From NCBI GenBank assembly GCA_963817955.1, contig CAWFQK010000004.1:1152001-1216000 (forward strand): 64,000 nucleotides of DNA, written 5' to 3'. The notes below the pieces were generated by a model. That model was given only the letters and a program-made list of their open reading frames with translations, made no database searches and was not told where the DNA came from. Positions 1-9,709 of the stretch are shown piece by piece. The DNA comes from an uncultured Gemmatimonadaceae bacterium (GTDB taxonomy: Bacteria > Gemmatimonadota > Gemmatimonadetes > Gemmatimonadales > Gemmatimonadaceae). The translations under genes were made by a program, and so were the position numbers. Position 1 is the stretch's first letter, and each line of letters starts with the position of its first letter.

Positions 1-401
1 ACCCCCTCGATGAGTGGGAGCAATGCGTTGCCTCCGCTGCGCGCCGCGACCTGCTTGCCGGCACGGAAGCTCCAGAGCGAGTCACCGGTGTAGAGTACGC
101 CATTGCCGGCCGACGGCTCGCCGGTGTCGATGCGGAGCTGCGTGCCTCGGCCATCGGTGTAGCGAAGACTCTCATACCAGGTTGCCACGGATTCCTTCCC
201 GTCCGCGGCGCGCGTGGTAGTCTGTTGGGTGAACGTGAGCGACGTGAACCAGCGGCCTGCGTACGCGGCGTGCATCGCCTCGAGCAGCTCGCGCCCGGTC
301 AACGGCGTCGTCTGAGCGCGTACCGCGGACGCCGTGAGTGTAAGGAGCGCCACAGCGGCTCGTAGCAGGCGTCGCGGGATACGGATCCAGTGAGGCGTCA
401 T
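1..401 (-). CDS. Secreted conserved hypothetical protein, 3' end runs off the window (not in ORF track)
   Basis: Manual translation from ATG at 401: MTPHWIRIPRRLLRAAVALLTLTASAVRAQ...ELLEAMHAAYAGRWFTSLTFTQQT...TWYESLRY...LRID...GNGVLY. Signal-peptide-like N-terminus (VRA-Q); frame open to the window edge. Confidence 0.75.
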   Translation of the reverse strand, partial: MTPHWIRIPRRLLRAAVALLTLTASAVRAQTTPLTGRELLEAMHAAYAGRWFTSLTFTQQTTTRAADGKESVATWYESLRYTDGRGTQLRIDTGEPSAGNGVLYTGDSLWSFRAGKQVAARSGGNALLPLIEG

Positions 402-790
402 CAGATGATCTTGGTGAGAAGTTTTGCTTGTACTCGTCTGCCGCGTCCTGCGCGACGATCCAGCCAGGCTCGCAGATGTCGCTGCCGCCAACACAACCGC
501 GAACACCGCCTCGGTTGGTTCTCAGGGCGGCAGGACAGCGCCTCTGGCTGCCGATTCGGCCGATACCGGAGTCGATCAGGCGGGCCACGGACACGTGTTT
601 CCGGGCACTTTCTCCGTTTCGGCGTCTTACTGCGACGTTCAGCGACGTAGCAGGCCCGATCAGTCGAGGCACAGGCACATCCACATCGCCCACAGGCGTG
701 AACAGCGAGCCCACGGGCGCCGCAGGCACCACCATCACTGCCAAATCGGCGGCTACCGCCGGAATCAGCCCCCGCCTCTGTCCCCCGCCA

Positions 791-1375
791 TCAATAGATA
801 AAGGGAATCAACCGCTTCCGCGTGCTCATGAACTGTCGGTATGGCTCGCCTATCACCGCCAGGAGCGTACGCTCCTCGACGGCAATCCGATACAAGTAGA
901 CTGCCGTGGATGCGGCCAGGAGCACCAGAGCCGACGCCCAATTCCCCAACGCAATCCCGACGCCTGCAGTGAGTATGATGCCGGCGGTGTACGACGGATG
1001 GCGCACGATCCGATAAGCGCCACGATTGACAACCTGCTGGTCTGCATGGGCCCGGACGTCCCCGGTGAAGGACGAACCGAGCATCCTCCAGCAGTGCCGG
1101 CGAAGTAGGCTCCCCGCCACGAGGGTGGCGACGCCGGCAAAGAACGCGACTGTCCGAAGCGCCGGTGCGAATTGCAGAGCTCTAATCCCCGCGATCGAAA
1201 ACGCAGCAAAGAACGCGGCGCCTTGGCCGAGCATGATGACCTGAAGCGACTTGGAGTCAGACGCGCCTTGGGTGCGCCGTGCGCGCTGCGCGATGGCGAA
1301 TTCAGGCCGGTATGCCCAGAGAAAAGCGGCCCAGAACAGCAATGCGTAAGGCCAAACGAAAGGCAGCGGCTTCAT
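791..1375 (-). CDS. Isoprenylcysteine carboxyl methyltransferase (ICMT/PEMT) family membrane protein
   Basis: GAYRIVRHPSYT and RIAVEERTL...Y..F...KRLIPFIY motifs; GGAGGAG RBS before ATG 1375. Confidence 0.9.
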   Translation of the reverse strand: MKPLPFVWPYALLFWAAFLWAYRPEFAIAQRARRTQGASDSKSLQVIMLGQGAAFFAAFSIAGIRALQFAPALRTVAFFAGVATLVAGSLLRRHCWRMLGSSFTGDVRAHADQQVVNRGAYRIVRHPSYTAGIILTAGVGIALGNWASALVLLAASTAVYLYRIAVEERTLLAVIGEPYRQFMSTRKRLIPFIY

Positions 1376-1531
1376 GAACTCCTCCATCACAGGGCCGTTC
1401 CCCAATATGAGTGCAGCAACGGCGGCGAGCAATGCCGCGAGTCATGCATGACCGCTAGGTCTCTCGTAGCTGCGCGACTCCGAGGGTCACGACGGCGTCA
1501 GCCAGGAGATCCGCAGGATGACAGGCATCGT

Positions 1532-1552
1532 GTGTCCCGTGTCTCGTGTCTC
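1532..1552. repeat. Heptamer microsatellite GTGTC(C/T)C x3
   Basis: gtgtccc gtgtctc gtgtctc; same unit as at 15404, 29050, 43923 and 44251. Confidence 0.7.
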
Positions 1553-1636
1553 GCATCGCGTGGCAGCTTACCGCCAACTGTTCCCCGTCATACCTTCCCA
1601 CTATCCCGTTCGGGTCCGCGATAGCCGGAAGACACC

Positions 1637-1888
1637 ATGAAAAAAGAAGAAGCGGTGGAAGCAGTCGAACGTGCCGGTCACACGATCAACGACTTGAATG
1701 CCCGGGCCTGGGCGACGGCGTTCAATCCGACGGAGTACGGCTGGGGATCGAGCCTCCTGAGCATCGTCGCCATTCCGGTCATGAATGCCGCCACGATCGG
1801 CCATCTCGTGACGTCGGTTGTCGTCAAACAGGTGTCGCCGAACGTGTTCGACAGCTTGTCGAATCTCGGGGGAAAGAAAGAGCCGTAG
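1637..1888 (+). CDS. Small hypothetical protein (83 aa)
   Basis: Purine-rich RBS (ggaaga), ATG start, protein-like composition with one hydrophobic stretch. Confidence 0.55.
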   Translation: MKKEEAVEAVERAGHTINDLNARAWATAFNPTEYGWGSSLLSIVAIPVMNAATIGHLVTSVVVKQVSPNVFDSLSNLGGKKEP

Positions 1889-2134
1889 GACGCGCGGCGC
1901 TCCTCGGCGTGCCTTCCCAGGTGACGAGGCCCCGCTCGCCGTCGTCCATCCCCCGCACCTGAGCCTGTGATTCGCTGACGCGTGTGTCGCGCCAATCCCC
2001 ACACGCTCTCATCCGCGTCAGGCGATCGCCAGCCCGTCGTGTCGGGCAATACCGGCTCATGTTGTCACGATCACCCGACGCGAGAGTAGGCGCTGCGACG
2101 TTGTATTGCAGCGTCCCGTTGTGGTGGGTTCATC

Positions 2135-2686
2135 GTGACGCAGCCAGTCGGAGGCGCTCGATCCCTCGTGAAACGTACGACGCACTTCGTCCGGTTGTTC
2201 GGCCTCATGGCAATCGTGGCAGGCGGCTTTCTACGCGTGCGAGCCATGGCTGTGCCAAAGGACTTCGGCACCCTCGGCCACTTCAGGGCCAGCGCCATAC
2301 CAGAAGCTGCCGCCCGCGAGCCGCGGCACCTCGGCAGCCAGGATTGCGCCGATTGCCACGACAAGGTCTACGCGGCCTGGTCCGCGGGTAAACATTCCCG
2401 GTCGCCCTGTGAAAACTGTCACGGGCCTGGACTGCTGCATGTCAAGACGGTGAGCGAGGACTCGACCGCCGCGTATACGGATCCGATCAAACGGAACCCG
2501 TTGGCGCTGCGTCCCACGACTGGCATTCAAGAATGCAAATGGTGCCATCTCGCCACCTTTGAACGTCCGACCACGCTCAAATCCATCGCTTCGGTGCAAG
2601 AGCACATCACGCAGACGGGAGGCACCTTCACGCCCGCCTCCAAGTGCACCGACTGCCATGATCCTCACACGACGGTGGTGAAGTGA
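2135..2686 (+). CDS. Membrane-anchored tetraheme cytochrome c
   Basis: Four CxxCH motifs (CADCH, CENCH, CKWCH, CTDCH) and an N-terminal hydrophobic segment. Confidence 0.9.
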   Translation: MTQPVGGARSLVKRTTHFVRLFGLMAIVAGGFLRVRAMAVPKDFGTLGHFRASAIPEAAAREPRHLGSQDCADCHDKVYAAWSAGKHSRSPCENCHGPGLLHVKTVSEDSTAAYTDPIKRNPLALRPTTGIQECKWCHLATFERPTTLKSIASVQEHITQTGGTFTPASKCTDCHDPHTTVVK

Positions 2687-3510
2687 ACGCTGCGTCCAAT
2701 CCGTGGGGCAAGTCGGCAATCAGCCGCCGAGAGTTCTTCGAGAAATGCGCCGAGGCGGGGGCGCGCACATTCGTGTTCGGCGCGATCGTGTGCACCACGG
2801 CTAATCTGTTGTTGCCGTCAGATGCCGAAGCCCGCCCCTCCGGCGGCCAGGAGCCCGACGGCAAGGACGTCATCTACGGATTCCTGATCGACACCACCAA
2901 GTGCATTGGCTGCGGGTCGTGTGTCAGGGCGTGCAAGGCGGAAAACAACGTTCCCGACGGCTACTTCAGAACCTGGGTGGAGCAGTACGCGTTCTACGAG
3001 AACGGAGAGGTCACCGTGAACTCCGCCGACGGCGGCATGAACGGGTTCGCGGAGGCATTCAAGCAGGACCGGCCGGAACACTCGGACAAGCCGCCCGTGC
3101 GCGGTTTCTTCGTTCCAAAGCTCTGCAACCACTGCATCAACACGCCCTGCATCCAGGTGTGTCCCGTTGGGGCATCGTACCGGACGAAAGAAGGCGTGGT
3201 GCTCATCGATCCGCAAACGTGCGTCGGCTGCGGCTACTGCGTCCAGGCATGCCCTTTCGGCTCGCGCTTCCTGAACCCGGTGACGCACGTCGCCGACAAG
3301 TGTACGTGGTGCTACCACCGCATCACGAAAGGTCTGAAGCCCGCGTGCGTCGAGTCGTGCCCCGCCAAAGCCAGGATCTTCGGGAACGTCAGCGATCCGG
3401 CCAGCGAGATCAGTCAGCTGCTGGCAACGAACCGCGTGCAGGTGCTGAAGTCGTATCTCGGCACCAACCCGCGAACGCGCTACATCGGACTGGATTCCGA
3501 GGTGATCTAG
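2683..3510 (+). CDS. Tat-exported 4Fe-4S ferredoxin subunit, NrfC/TtrB/DsrO-like
   Basis: SRREFF twin-arginine motif; CIGCGSCVRAC, CNHC...PCIQVCP, CVGCGYCVQACP and KCTWC...PACVESCP; GTGA overlap with the upstream gene. Confidence 0.92.
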   Translation: MNAASNPWGKSAISRREFFEKCAEAGARTFVFGAIVCTTANLLLPSDAEARPSGGQEPDGKDVIYGFLIDTTKCIGCGSCVRACKAENNVPDGYFRTWVEQYAFYENGEVTVNSADGGMNGFAEAFKQDRPEHSDKPPVRGFFVPKLCNHCINTPCIQVCPVGASYRTKEGVVLIDPQTCVGCGYCVQACPFGSRFLNPVTHVADKCTWCYHRITKGLKPACVESCPAKARIFGNVSDPASEISQLLATNRVQVLKSYLGTNPRTRYIGLDSEVI

Positions 3511-3512
3511 CC

Positions 3513-4751
3513 GTGCATCACTACATCATCGAAGGCTACGTCCTTCCGAATCAGACGCACATCTACTGGACGATCATGATCGTCCTCTATCCCTACATCA
3601 CGGGTATCGTCGCCGGCGCATTCATCATCTCCTCCCTCTACCATGTGTTCCACAAGGAGGTGCTGAAGCCGGTCGCCCGGTTCGCCATGCTGATGGCGTT
3701 GGCGTTCCTGTTGTTCGCGCCCATGCCGTTACTGAACCACCTCGGGCACCCGGAACGCGCCTTCAACATCATGTTCACGCCGAACGTCACGTCGGCGATG
3801 GCCGGCTTCGGCTTCATCTATACGACGTATCTGATCATTCTCGTCGTCGAGATCTGGCTCCTCTATCGCTCCGACATCGTGTTGCTCGCCGCGAATGCGC
3901 GATCGCCATGGATGCGGCGGCTCTACTGGGTCCTTGCCCTTGGCGTGCTGGAAATCTCTGACGAGGCCAAGGCGCTCGACCGCAAAGTCATGCTGTTCCT
4001 CGCGGCGATCGGCATTCCGGCCGCGTGCTGCCTGCACGGCTACGTCGGCTTTCTCTTTGGGGCGATCAAAGCCAATCCCTGGTGGGCCAGCCCGCTCATG
4101 CCGGTCGTCTTCCTGATGAGCGCGATCGTCTCCGGTATCGCGATGGTCTTGCTCTGCTACCTGATCGTGCAGTGGGTGATGAAGCGGCCGGTCGACTCGG
4201 CGTGCACCCAGGCGCTCATGCAGTACGCGTGGGGGTTCCTGATGGTCGACGTCGCACTCGAGCTCCTCGAGTTGGTCAACCATGCGTACATGGCCAACGA
4301 CGACTGGAACATTCTGCACGCCCTGCTCAGTGAGAAACTGTTCGTGAGCATGTTCATCATCCAGTTCCTGATCGGCTCCGGGCTTCCGCTCGTGATCCTG
4401 GGACTGGCGGTCGTCTACAAGGACGCGATCGGCGATCGGATGCGCAACGCGATGGGATTCGCCGCGGGCATCCTCCTGCTGGTCCAGGTGCTCGCCATGC
4501 GATGGAACGTCGTCATTGGCGGGCAGATGTTCTCGAAGAGCCTTCGAGGATTCCTCAACTTCGACGTCGATCTCTATGGACGCGAAGGGCTGTTCGCCGC
4601 CGTCGTCCTGTTCTCACTCCCGTTCCTCGCGATGCTGCTGTTCTCGAGGATCCTGCCACTCTGGGGCCCGGTGTCGAGCGCGCCCGCGCGGTGGCTGAAA
4701 GAGATGCCGACGGAGCATCTCTCGTTGCGACATCATTCGGGATTCAAGTGA
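3513..4751 (+). CDS. NrfD/PsrC family quinol-interacting membrane subunit
   Basis: GTG start after the ferredoxin stop; W...IVLYPYITGIVAG, HLGHPERA, TSAMA and RWNVVIGGQ motifs; many TM helices. Confidence 0.9.
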   Translation: MHHYIIEGYVLPNQTHIYWTIMIVLYPYITGIVAGAFIISSLYHVFHKEVLKPVARFAMLMALAFLLFAPMPLLNHLGHPERAFNIMFTPNVTSAMAGFGFIYTTYLIILVVEIWLLYRSDIVLLAANARSPWMRRLYWVLALGVLEISDEAKALDRKVMLFLAAIGIPAACCLHGYVGFLFGAIKANPWWASPLMPVVFLMSAIVSGIAMVLLCYLIVQWVMKRPVDSACTQALMQYAWGFLMVDVALELLELVNHAYMANDDWNILHALLSEKLFVSMFIIQFLIGSGLPLVILGLAVVYKDAIGDRMRNAMGFAAGILLLVQVLAMRWNVVIGGQMFSKSLRGFLNFDVDLYGREGLFAAVVLFSLPFLAMLLFSRILPLWGPVSSAPARWLKEMPTEHLSLRHHSGFK

Positions 4752-4783
4752 TGTTGCGTGTCTTGCGCTGAGGAGGCGTTCGT

Positions 4784-5596
4784 ATGAGTAACCAATCCAT
4801 GACGTGGTTCGCCGCCGCGATCGTTGCGGCGATACTGATCAAGCTGGCGTGGCGGCTGGTGCAGCAGTACCAGGGAGGCGTGGTCCTGCGCCTGGGGCGG
4901 CTGAAGAGCGTTCGGCCCCCGGGCTTGAACCTGATCGTTCCCCTCATCGATCGCATGTATCTGATCGATACGCGGACGGTCACGCTCACGGTCGAGCCGC
5001 AGGAGGTCATCACCCGTGACAATGTCACCATCAAGGTCGACGCCGTCGTGTACTTCGCGGTCATCGATCCAGCGAAGGCGCTGCTGCAGGTGGTCGATTA
5101 CATGAAGGCAACGTCGCAGATCGCCCTCACGACGCTGCGCAGCGTGCTCGGCCAGTCGGAACTCGACGAGCTACTGGCGCATCGAGAGAAGATCAATGAC
5201 ACGTTGCGTCAGATCATCGACGGACACACCGAGCCGTGGGGAGTGAAAGTATCGGTGGTCGAGGTGAAGGACGTGCTGCTCCCGGAAGGGATGCAACGGT
5301 CGATGGCCGCGCAGGCCGAGGCCGAGCGCGAGAAACGGGCGAAGATCATTCGTGCAGACGGCGAGTTCATGGCCGCGGCAACGTTGGGCAAGGCCGCCCG
5401 CATCATGCGCGAAGAGCCGCCCGCACTCCAACTCCGCTATCTCCAGACGCTGGTGGAAATCGCCGGCGAAGGGAACAGCACGATCATTCCGCTCTCCATG
5501 GACATGTTCCAAGGGTTGAATGGCGTGCGGGCGAAGCTGATGCACGAGCACGAACACGAAGAAGACGAGTTGGCTTTTCCAGCCGGCATTCGGTAA
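4784..5596 (+). CDS. SPFH/stomatin-like (slipin) protein
   Basis: QEVITRDNVTIKVDAVVYF, TTLRSVLG, AEAEREKRAK and ALQLRYLQTL motifs; GAGGAGG RBS. Confidence 0.95.
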   Translation: MSNQSMTWFAAAIVAAILIKLAWRLVQQYQGGVVLRLGRLKSVRPPGLNLIVPLIDRMYLIDTRTVTLTVEPQEVITRDNVTIKVDAVVYFAVIDPAKALLQVVDYMKATSQIALTTLRSVLGQSELDELLAHREKINDTLRQIIDGHTEPWGVKVSVVEVKDVLLPEGMQRSMAAQAEAEREKRAKIIRADGEFMAAATLGKAARIMREEPPALQLRYLQTLVEIAGEGNSTIIPLSMDMFQGLNGVRAKLMHEHEHEEDELAFPAGIR

Positions 5597-5641
5597 GGCG
5601 CCACATCACGACATCACGCGATCTCGACAAGGACACCCATC

Positions 5642-5956
5642 ATGAAGACAACGACCCTGCTACTGGCAACCCCGATCCTGCTCGCATTCACCCAAACGCC
5701 GTCCGGCCAGGCTTCGTACGAAGCCAACTGCCGCAAGTGCCACGGAGCGCGTGGGGTAGCGCCCAAGGTGATGGTGACGAAGTTTCCGAAGATCACCACG
5801 TTCGACGCGGTCTTCTTCGCCAAGCGCACGGATGATTCCGTGATAGCAATTATGACGAAGGGGGGAGCGACCGCGGACATGAAGTCCTTCAAGGACAAGA
5901 TGTCGCGCGACCAGATGAAGGAAGTGGCGACCTACATCAGATCGTTCGCCAAGTAG
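5642..5956 (+). CDS. Periplasmic monoheme class I cytochrome c
   Basis: Signal peptide, YEANCRKCHG, and a probable distal Met in DMKSF. Confidence 0.88.
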   Translation: MKTTTLLLATPILLAFTQTPSGQASYEANCRKCHGARGVAPKVMVTKFPKITTFDAVFFAKRTDDSVIAIMTKGGATADMKSFKDKMSRDQMKEVATYIRSFAK

Positions 5957-6023
5957 CGTCCCGGTCGAAACCCGGATGTCCAACGCGCGGGCCGGGATGA
6001 CGGCACCGGTCGGCGCACTACGG

Positions 6024-6060
6024 AAAATGACGGCACGTGGGATCTACGTGCCGTCATTTT
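6024..6060. terminator. Bidirectional intrinsic terminator
   Basis: aaaatgacggcacgt...acgtgccgtcatttt perfect inverted repeat between convergent genes. Confidence 0.85.
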
Positions 6061-6067
6061 GCAATCC

Positions 6068-6817
6068 CTACTTCTTCAAGACCTTCCCGTCCTCGACCAG
6101 GACCGCATACGCGTAGCCCGAGCCGAAATCTTTGTTCGTGCGAACGATGCCCTTGGCGGTGATGATGTCGCCCTTCGTCGCGCCATCCATCGAGGTCACG
6201 AGGATATCGTTGGTCCCGTCCTTGGCGTCGCCGCTGCCGTCCTGTAGATGGATCCAGTTCTTGCCCATGACGGCTTCGTTGAACTTCACGACCGTACCGC
6301 GGATGGTGACAGACTTTCCAGCGAGGCTCGCCTTCTGGGCCCAAACCTCGCCTACCGTGCGGGCGTCAGCGCCAGTGGCCTTTTCCACCTTGCCCACGAC
6401 GACCGGCGCGGAGGACCCACCCGCGGCAGCATGCGCACCGGCGGCGCCGGTCGCGGCAGTATCCACCGGGGTCAACGTTCCAAAGTAGATCTCGGGGAAC
6501 GTGCGCTTCAGCGACTTGGATTCGAAGTTGGCCATCATCAAGGGGTCGTGAACCGTCACGGTGGTCCCATTCTCGACCTTGGCGGCAGACACCGCGGCCC
6601 AGACTTCGCCCGCGCTCGTCTTGATACGCATGTACGTGTAGCCGGCGGCATCCATGTGCTCCAGAACCGAACCGGTGAGCGGAGTTCCCGTCGCCGCGGC
6701 CGCAGCGGCTGGAGCAGCCGACGCCTGGCCGAGCGGGGTCTTGGCCGCGTCAGAGGACTTGGTCTGGCAGCCAACGACCGCCGTCGCGAGGAAGAGGGAG
6801 GAAAGGGCGCGACGCAT
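6068..6817 (-). CDS. NrfJ-like / OB-fold lipoprotein
   Basis: Lipobox VVGC; MDAAGYTYM...EVWAA; C-terminal OB-fold (GKNWIHLQDGSG, KDFGSGY). Confidence 0.75.
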   Translation of the reverse strand: MRRALSSLFLATAVVGCQTKSSDAAKTPLGQASAAPAAAAAATGTPLTGSVLEHMDAAGYTYMRIKTSAGEVWAAVSAAKVENGTTVTVHDPLMMANFESKSLKRTFPEIYFGTLTPVDTAATGAAGAHAAAGGSSAPVVVGKVEKATGADARTVGEVWAQKASLAGKSVTIRGTVVKFNEAVMGKNWIHLQDGSGDAKDGTNDILVTSMDGATKGDIITAKGIVRTNKDFGSGYAYAVLVEDGKVLKK

Positions 6818-6877
6818 AAAGGGGAGGCTCCTGGAAGGGACTGGGGGAAGGGACTCGAGAAATATATATGAGGGTTT

Positions 6878-7079
6878 GACGGCGCGAACTGCTAACGGCG
6901 CGAACTGCTAACAGCGCTGACTCCCTGACAGCGCTGACTCCCTGACAGCGCTGACTCCCTAACTACGCGGACTCCCTAACAGCGCTGACTCCCTAACTAC
7001 GCGACTCCCTGACTACGCGGACTCCCTGACTACGCGGACTCCCTGACGGCGGCTTTACGGCGGGACTCCCTGACTACGC
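6878..7079. repeat. Tandem 16-17 bp minisatellite, about 11-12 units
   Basis: Units gacagcgctgactccct / aactacgcggactccct / aacggcgcgaactgct, with no unique spacers. Confidence 0.9.
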
Positions 7080-7273
7080 CAAGCGCGTCGGGGTATGTAC
7101 TATGGCCATAGTTTACACGAGTGCATCGATGACTCAAGTTCGGTGCTGGCTCGCAAACGGATTGAGGTCGCGGACGCTCCCGCCGCGAGTATCGCGGCTC
7201 ATCGTTCCAACCGGATTCACTGAAACGGTATGGCCAGGATTCAAGCGTGAGATGAAGATTCCAGCACACGACG

Positions 7274-7840
7274 ATGTGGTCGCCAAGTGGCGCAGGATGC
7301 CAGGTGCGGCTGGGAAGTAGCGGCGCTCGGCGCGCGATCCCGCGACCACGCTATGGGGAGCATCGCGGGCGAGCTTTGGCGCTCGGCGCCGCGGCGATTC
7401 TCGTGTGTTTCGCATGCCATCGGACCAGGGCAAGCGCGACGCCAGCACCGGCCGTGCAATGGCCTCCGGAGAAACATTGCTGGTGGGCTGCGTACAGGAC
7501 GACGATGCCACCGGACTCGGTCGCGGGTCGATTCGAGGGGGCTCTCGCATCCATCGGGCTCTCGAGCGGGCGCACTGGCTCACTCGGTGATACAACATGG
7601 GCGCAGGCGGGACCGACGATGCTCGGAGACGAGCAAGGCAGCACTTTCGCAGCTCGGGTCGTCGCGATTCGGATGGGCGATAGCACGCGCTTTCGTGCGT
7701 TCGTGGCCGCTGACACGATTGTTGGTGGGCGGTTGATTGCCATGTGTGGTGAGATCATGAGTCGTGCGGCGCTTCGCGCGATTGCTCCACGGGCGCAGGA
7801 GCCCGACGACTCTACTCCGCGTTGGCGACGACGGCTATAG
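7274..7840 (+). CDS. Hypothetical exported protein (start uncertain)
   Basis: Hydrophobic segment ALALGAAAILVCFAC followed by a globular-looking region. Confidence 0.5.
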   Translation: MWSPSGAGCQVRLGSSGARRAIPRPRYGEHRGRALALGAAAILVCFACHRTRASATPAPAVQWPPEKHCWWAAYRTTMPPDSVAGRFEGALASIGLSSGRTGSLGDTTWAQAGPTMLGDEQGSTFAARVVAIRMGDSTRFRAFVAADTIVGGRLIAMCGEIMSRAALRAIAPRAQEPDDSTPRWRRRL

Positions 7841-7963
7841 GCTTGCCGTGCTGCAGCCATGTGGTATCAGATGGCAAGTGCGGTCGCAAGAGCTCGTTCA
7901 CAGACTACCGCGACACGCCCGTCCACTGCGGCGTTGGGTAGAAGGCGGTTATGAGCACTGAAC

Positions 7964-7990
7964 AAACCTCGGCTGTAAGCCGAGGGGTTT
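7964..7990. terminator. Hairpin, possible terminator
   Basis: aaacctcggct-gta-agccgaggggttt. Confidence 0.5.
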
Positions 7991-8456
7991 GGGTCGGCTA
8001 GAGCCAACCTATAGGGAGCTTACGGCCCGTGCGATTAGAGACGTTACACGCCACGGGCGCTGCGGCGGCTCACGACGCGAGTGGATCCAAACCCCGAGCG
8101 TATCCGCCGCGCACTGAAGAGGAGCGCGCCGGGTGGCGCGTCTGGCGAGGTACTCTGCGGTGGCGTCAAGACGATTGGGTCTTGCGCGAGGAGATGCGGA
8201 CGCGACCGGCGGCCACCGAACCCGCGTCACTACGCTTCGCCGCTTTGGATCGTCACTATTTGACAAGCATGCCATCGGGTTCTATGGTCAAGAAACGAGA
8301 TTCGGTTTTTGGAGGCGGCATGGTCTATCGCACCACGGAGCGAGGCGGGTGGATGCTCCGTGCACGTGGGACCCGGTCGCCGCAGGTCGAGCGCATCGTA
8401 CGCATGGCGTGGCGACTCGCTGTGAAACGCGGGCGCGAGCTCGAGGACCAGCCGCG

Positions 8457-9695
8457 ATGACCGTCTCCGACCTGTCCGTCGTGCGCTGGTTCGCGTCGCC
8501 CGTGTTGGCGACGCCTGGCGCCACTCGTCGTGCGCGAGTGCTGTGGAGAATGTCCTGGTCGCTCTGGAGCCTGCTCGCCGCGGTGCTCATCGCGTCGGGC
8601 CTGCTCGCACCCGCGATGCTGGCACGCCGGCTCGTCTCGCTCGCGCTCGTCGCTGCGCTCGTCATCTGCCTTCACATGGTGAACCGCCGCGGGCGCACCA
8701 CGTTCGCGAGTTGGCTGCTCGTGCTCGGACTGATCGCCATCGTAACCCAGCGCGCTTGGCAAACGGGAGGAGTGCATGCTCCGGTCGCGCTCTTCTACAT
8801 GATGATCGTCTTCATGGCTGCTGGATTGCTCGGCATCCGCGGCAGTCTCGCGGTCGCCCTCGCCTGTGTCGCCAGCAGCACTCTCCTTGCCGGCGCCGAG
8901 CTCGGGGGCCTGCTCGTGGTACCGGAAACGACTACTTCGACGCCGACCCAGGGCTTCGTGACGACGATGGCGGCCATCGCGATTGCCGTGCTGTGGCCCA
9001 TGCTCTTGTTTCGCCAGGCTGAGGAGAGGGCGACCGAGGAGATCGTCAACATGTTCGTGCACGACATGCGCTCGCCGCTTACGATCCTGTTCGCGCGACT
9101 TTCCATGCTCAGGGCAGACATTCCAGACCGCGCGGACGTGGCGGAGCATATCGACGCAATGATGGCGGAGGCAATGCGCCTGAACCTGATGGCGAACAAC
9201 CTCCTCGAGGTAAGCCGACTCGAAAGCACGAGCCTCCCGCTTCATCGGGTGCCGTTGAATGTCTCGGCGCTCGCGCCCGACGTCGCCCGAACACTCGCGC
9301 CGCTCGACCCCTCGCGTCACATCGAGGTGCGAGCCTCCGTCCCCGTGATCTGCACGTGCGATGCTGGGCTATTGCGACGCATCATCGAGAATCTCCTGAG
9401 CAATGCGATCAAGCACGCTCCGGAGGGTGGCCATGTTGTCGTCGAGGTCACTCACACGGGAGCCAACGTCCGCATTATCGTGGAGGACGATGGTCCGGGC
9501 GTGCCGCCAAAGGACCGGCATCGGATCTTCGAGCGGTACTCGGCGAAGAGCTCTCGCGCACTGAGTGGACATCATTCCGTTGGCCTGGGACTCGCCTTCT
9601 GCCGCCTCGCCACGGCAGCCCACGGGGGTCGGATATGGGTCGAGGAGGCGCATCCGCACGGCAGTCGCTTCGTCGTTGAGTTGCCGGCCGGCTGA
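8457..9695 (+). CDS. Membrane-bound sensor histidine kinase
   Basis: Several N-terminal TMs; H-box FVHDMRSPL, N-box ENLLSNAIKH, G1 VEDDGPG, G2 GLGLAFC. Confidence 0.93.
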   Translation: MTVSDLSVVRWFASPVLATPGATRRARVLWRMSWSLWSLLAAVLIASGLLAPAMLARRLVSLALVAALVICLHMVNRRGRTTFASWLLVLGLIAIVTQRAWQTGGVHAPVALFYMMIVFMAAGLLGIRGSLAVALACVASSTLLAGAELGGLLVVPETTTSTPTQGFVTTMAAIAIAVLWPMLLFRQAEERATEEIVNMFVHDMRSPLTILFARLSMLRADIPDRADVAEHIDAMMAEAMRLNLMANNLLEVSRLESTSLPLHRVPLNVSALAPDVARTLAPLDPSRHIEVRASVPVICTCDAGLLRRIIENLLSNAIKHAPEGGHVVVEVTHTGANVRIIVEDDGPGVPPKDRHRIFERYSAKSSRALSGHHSVGLGLAFCRLATAAHGGRIWVEEAHPHGSRFVVELPAG

Positions 9696-9709
9696 ACTGG
9701 GGCATTCCA

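Noticed and set aside
402..790. ORFs or a riboswitch between the edge gene and ICMT
   Set aside because: No convincing coding signal or known RNA motif seen.
2901..3512. N-terminal ~200 aa of the 616-aa ORF
   Set aside because: Shadow frame over the ferredoxin gene; NrfD similarity begins at GTG 3513.
6878..7079. CRISPR array
   Set aside because: Units are 16-17 bp and contiguous, with no unique spacers and no cas genes in the window.
7102..7320. 72-aa ORF after the minisatellite
   Set aside because: May be a gene remnant, but no family could be assigned.
8029..8460. 143-aa ORF upstream of the kinase
   Set aside because: It has an ATGA overlap with the kinase, but no recognisable motif or clear start, so it is unsupported.
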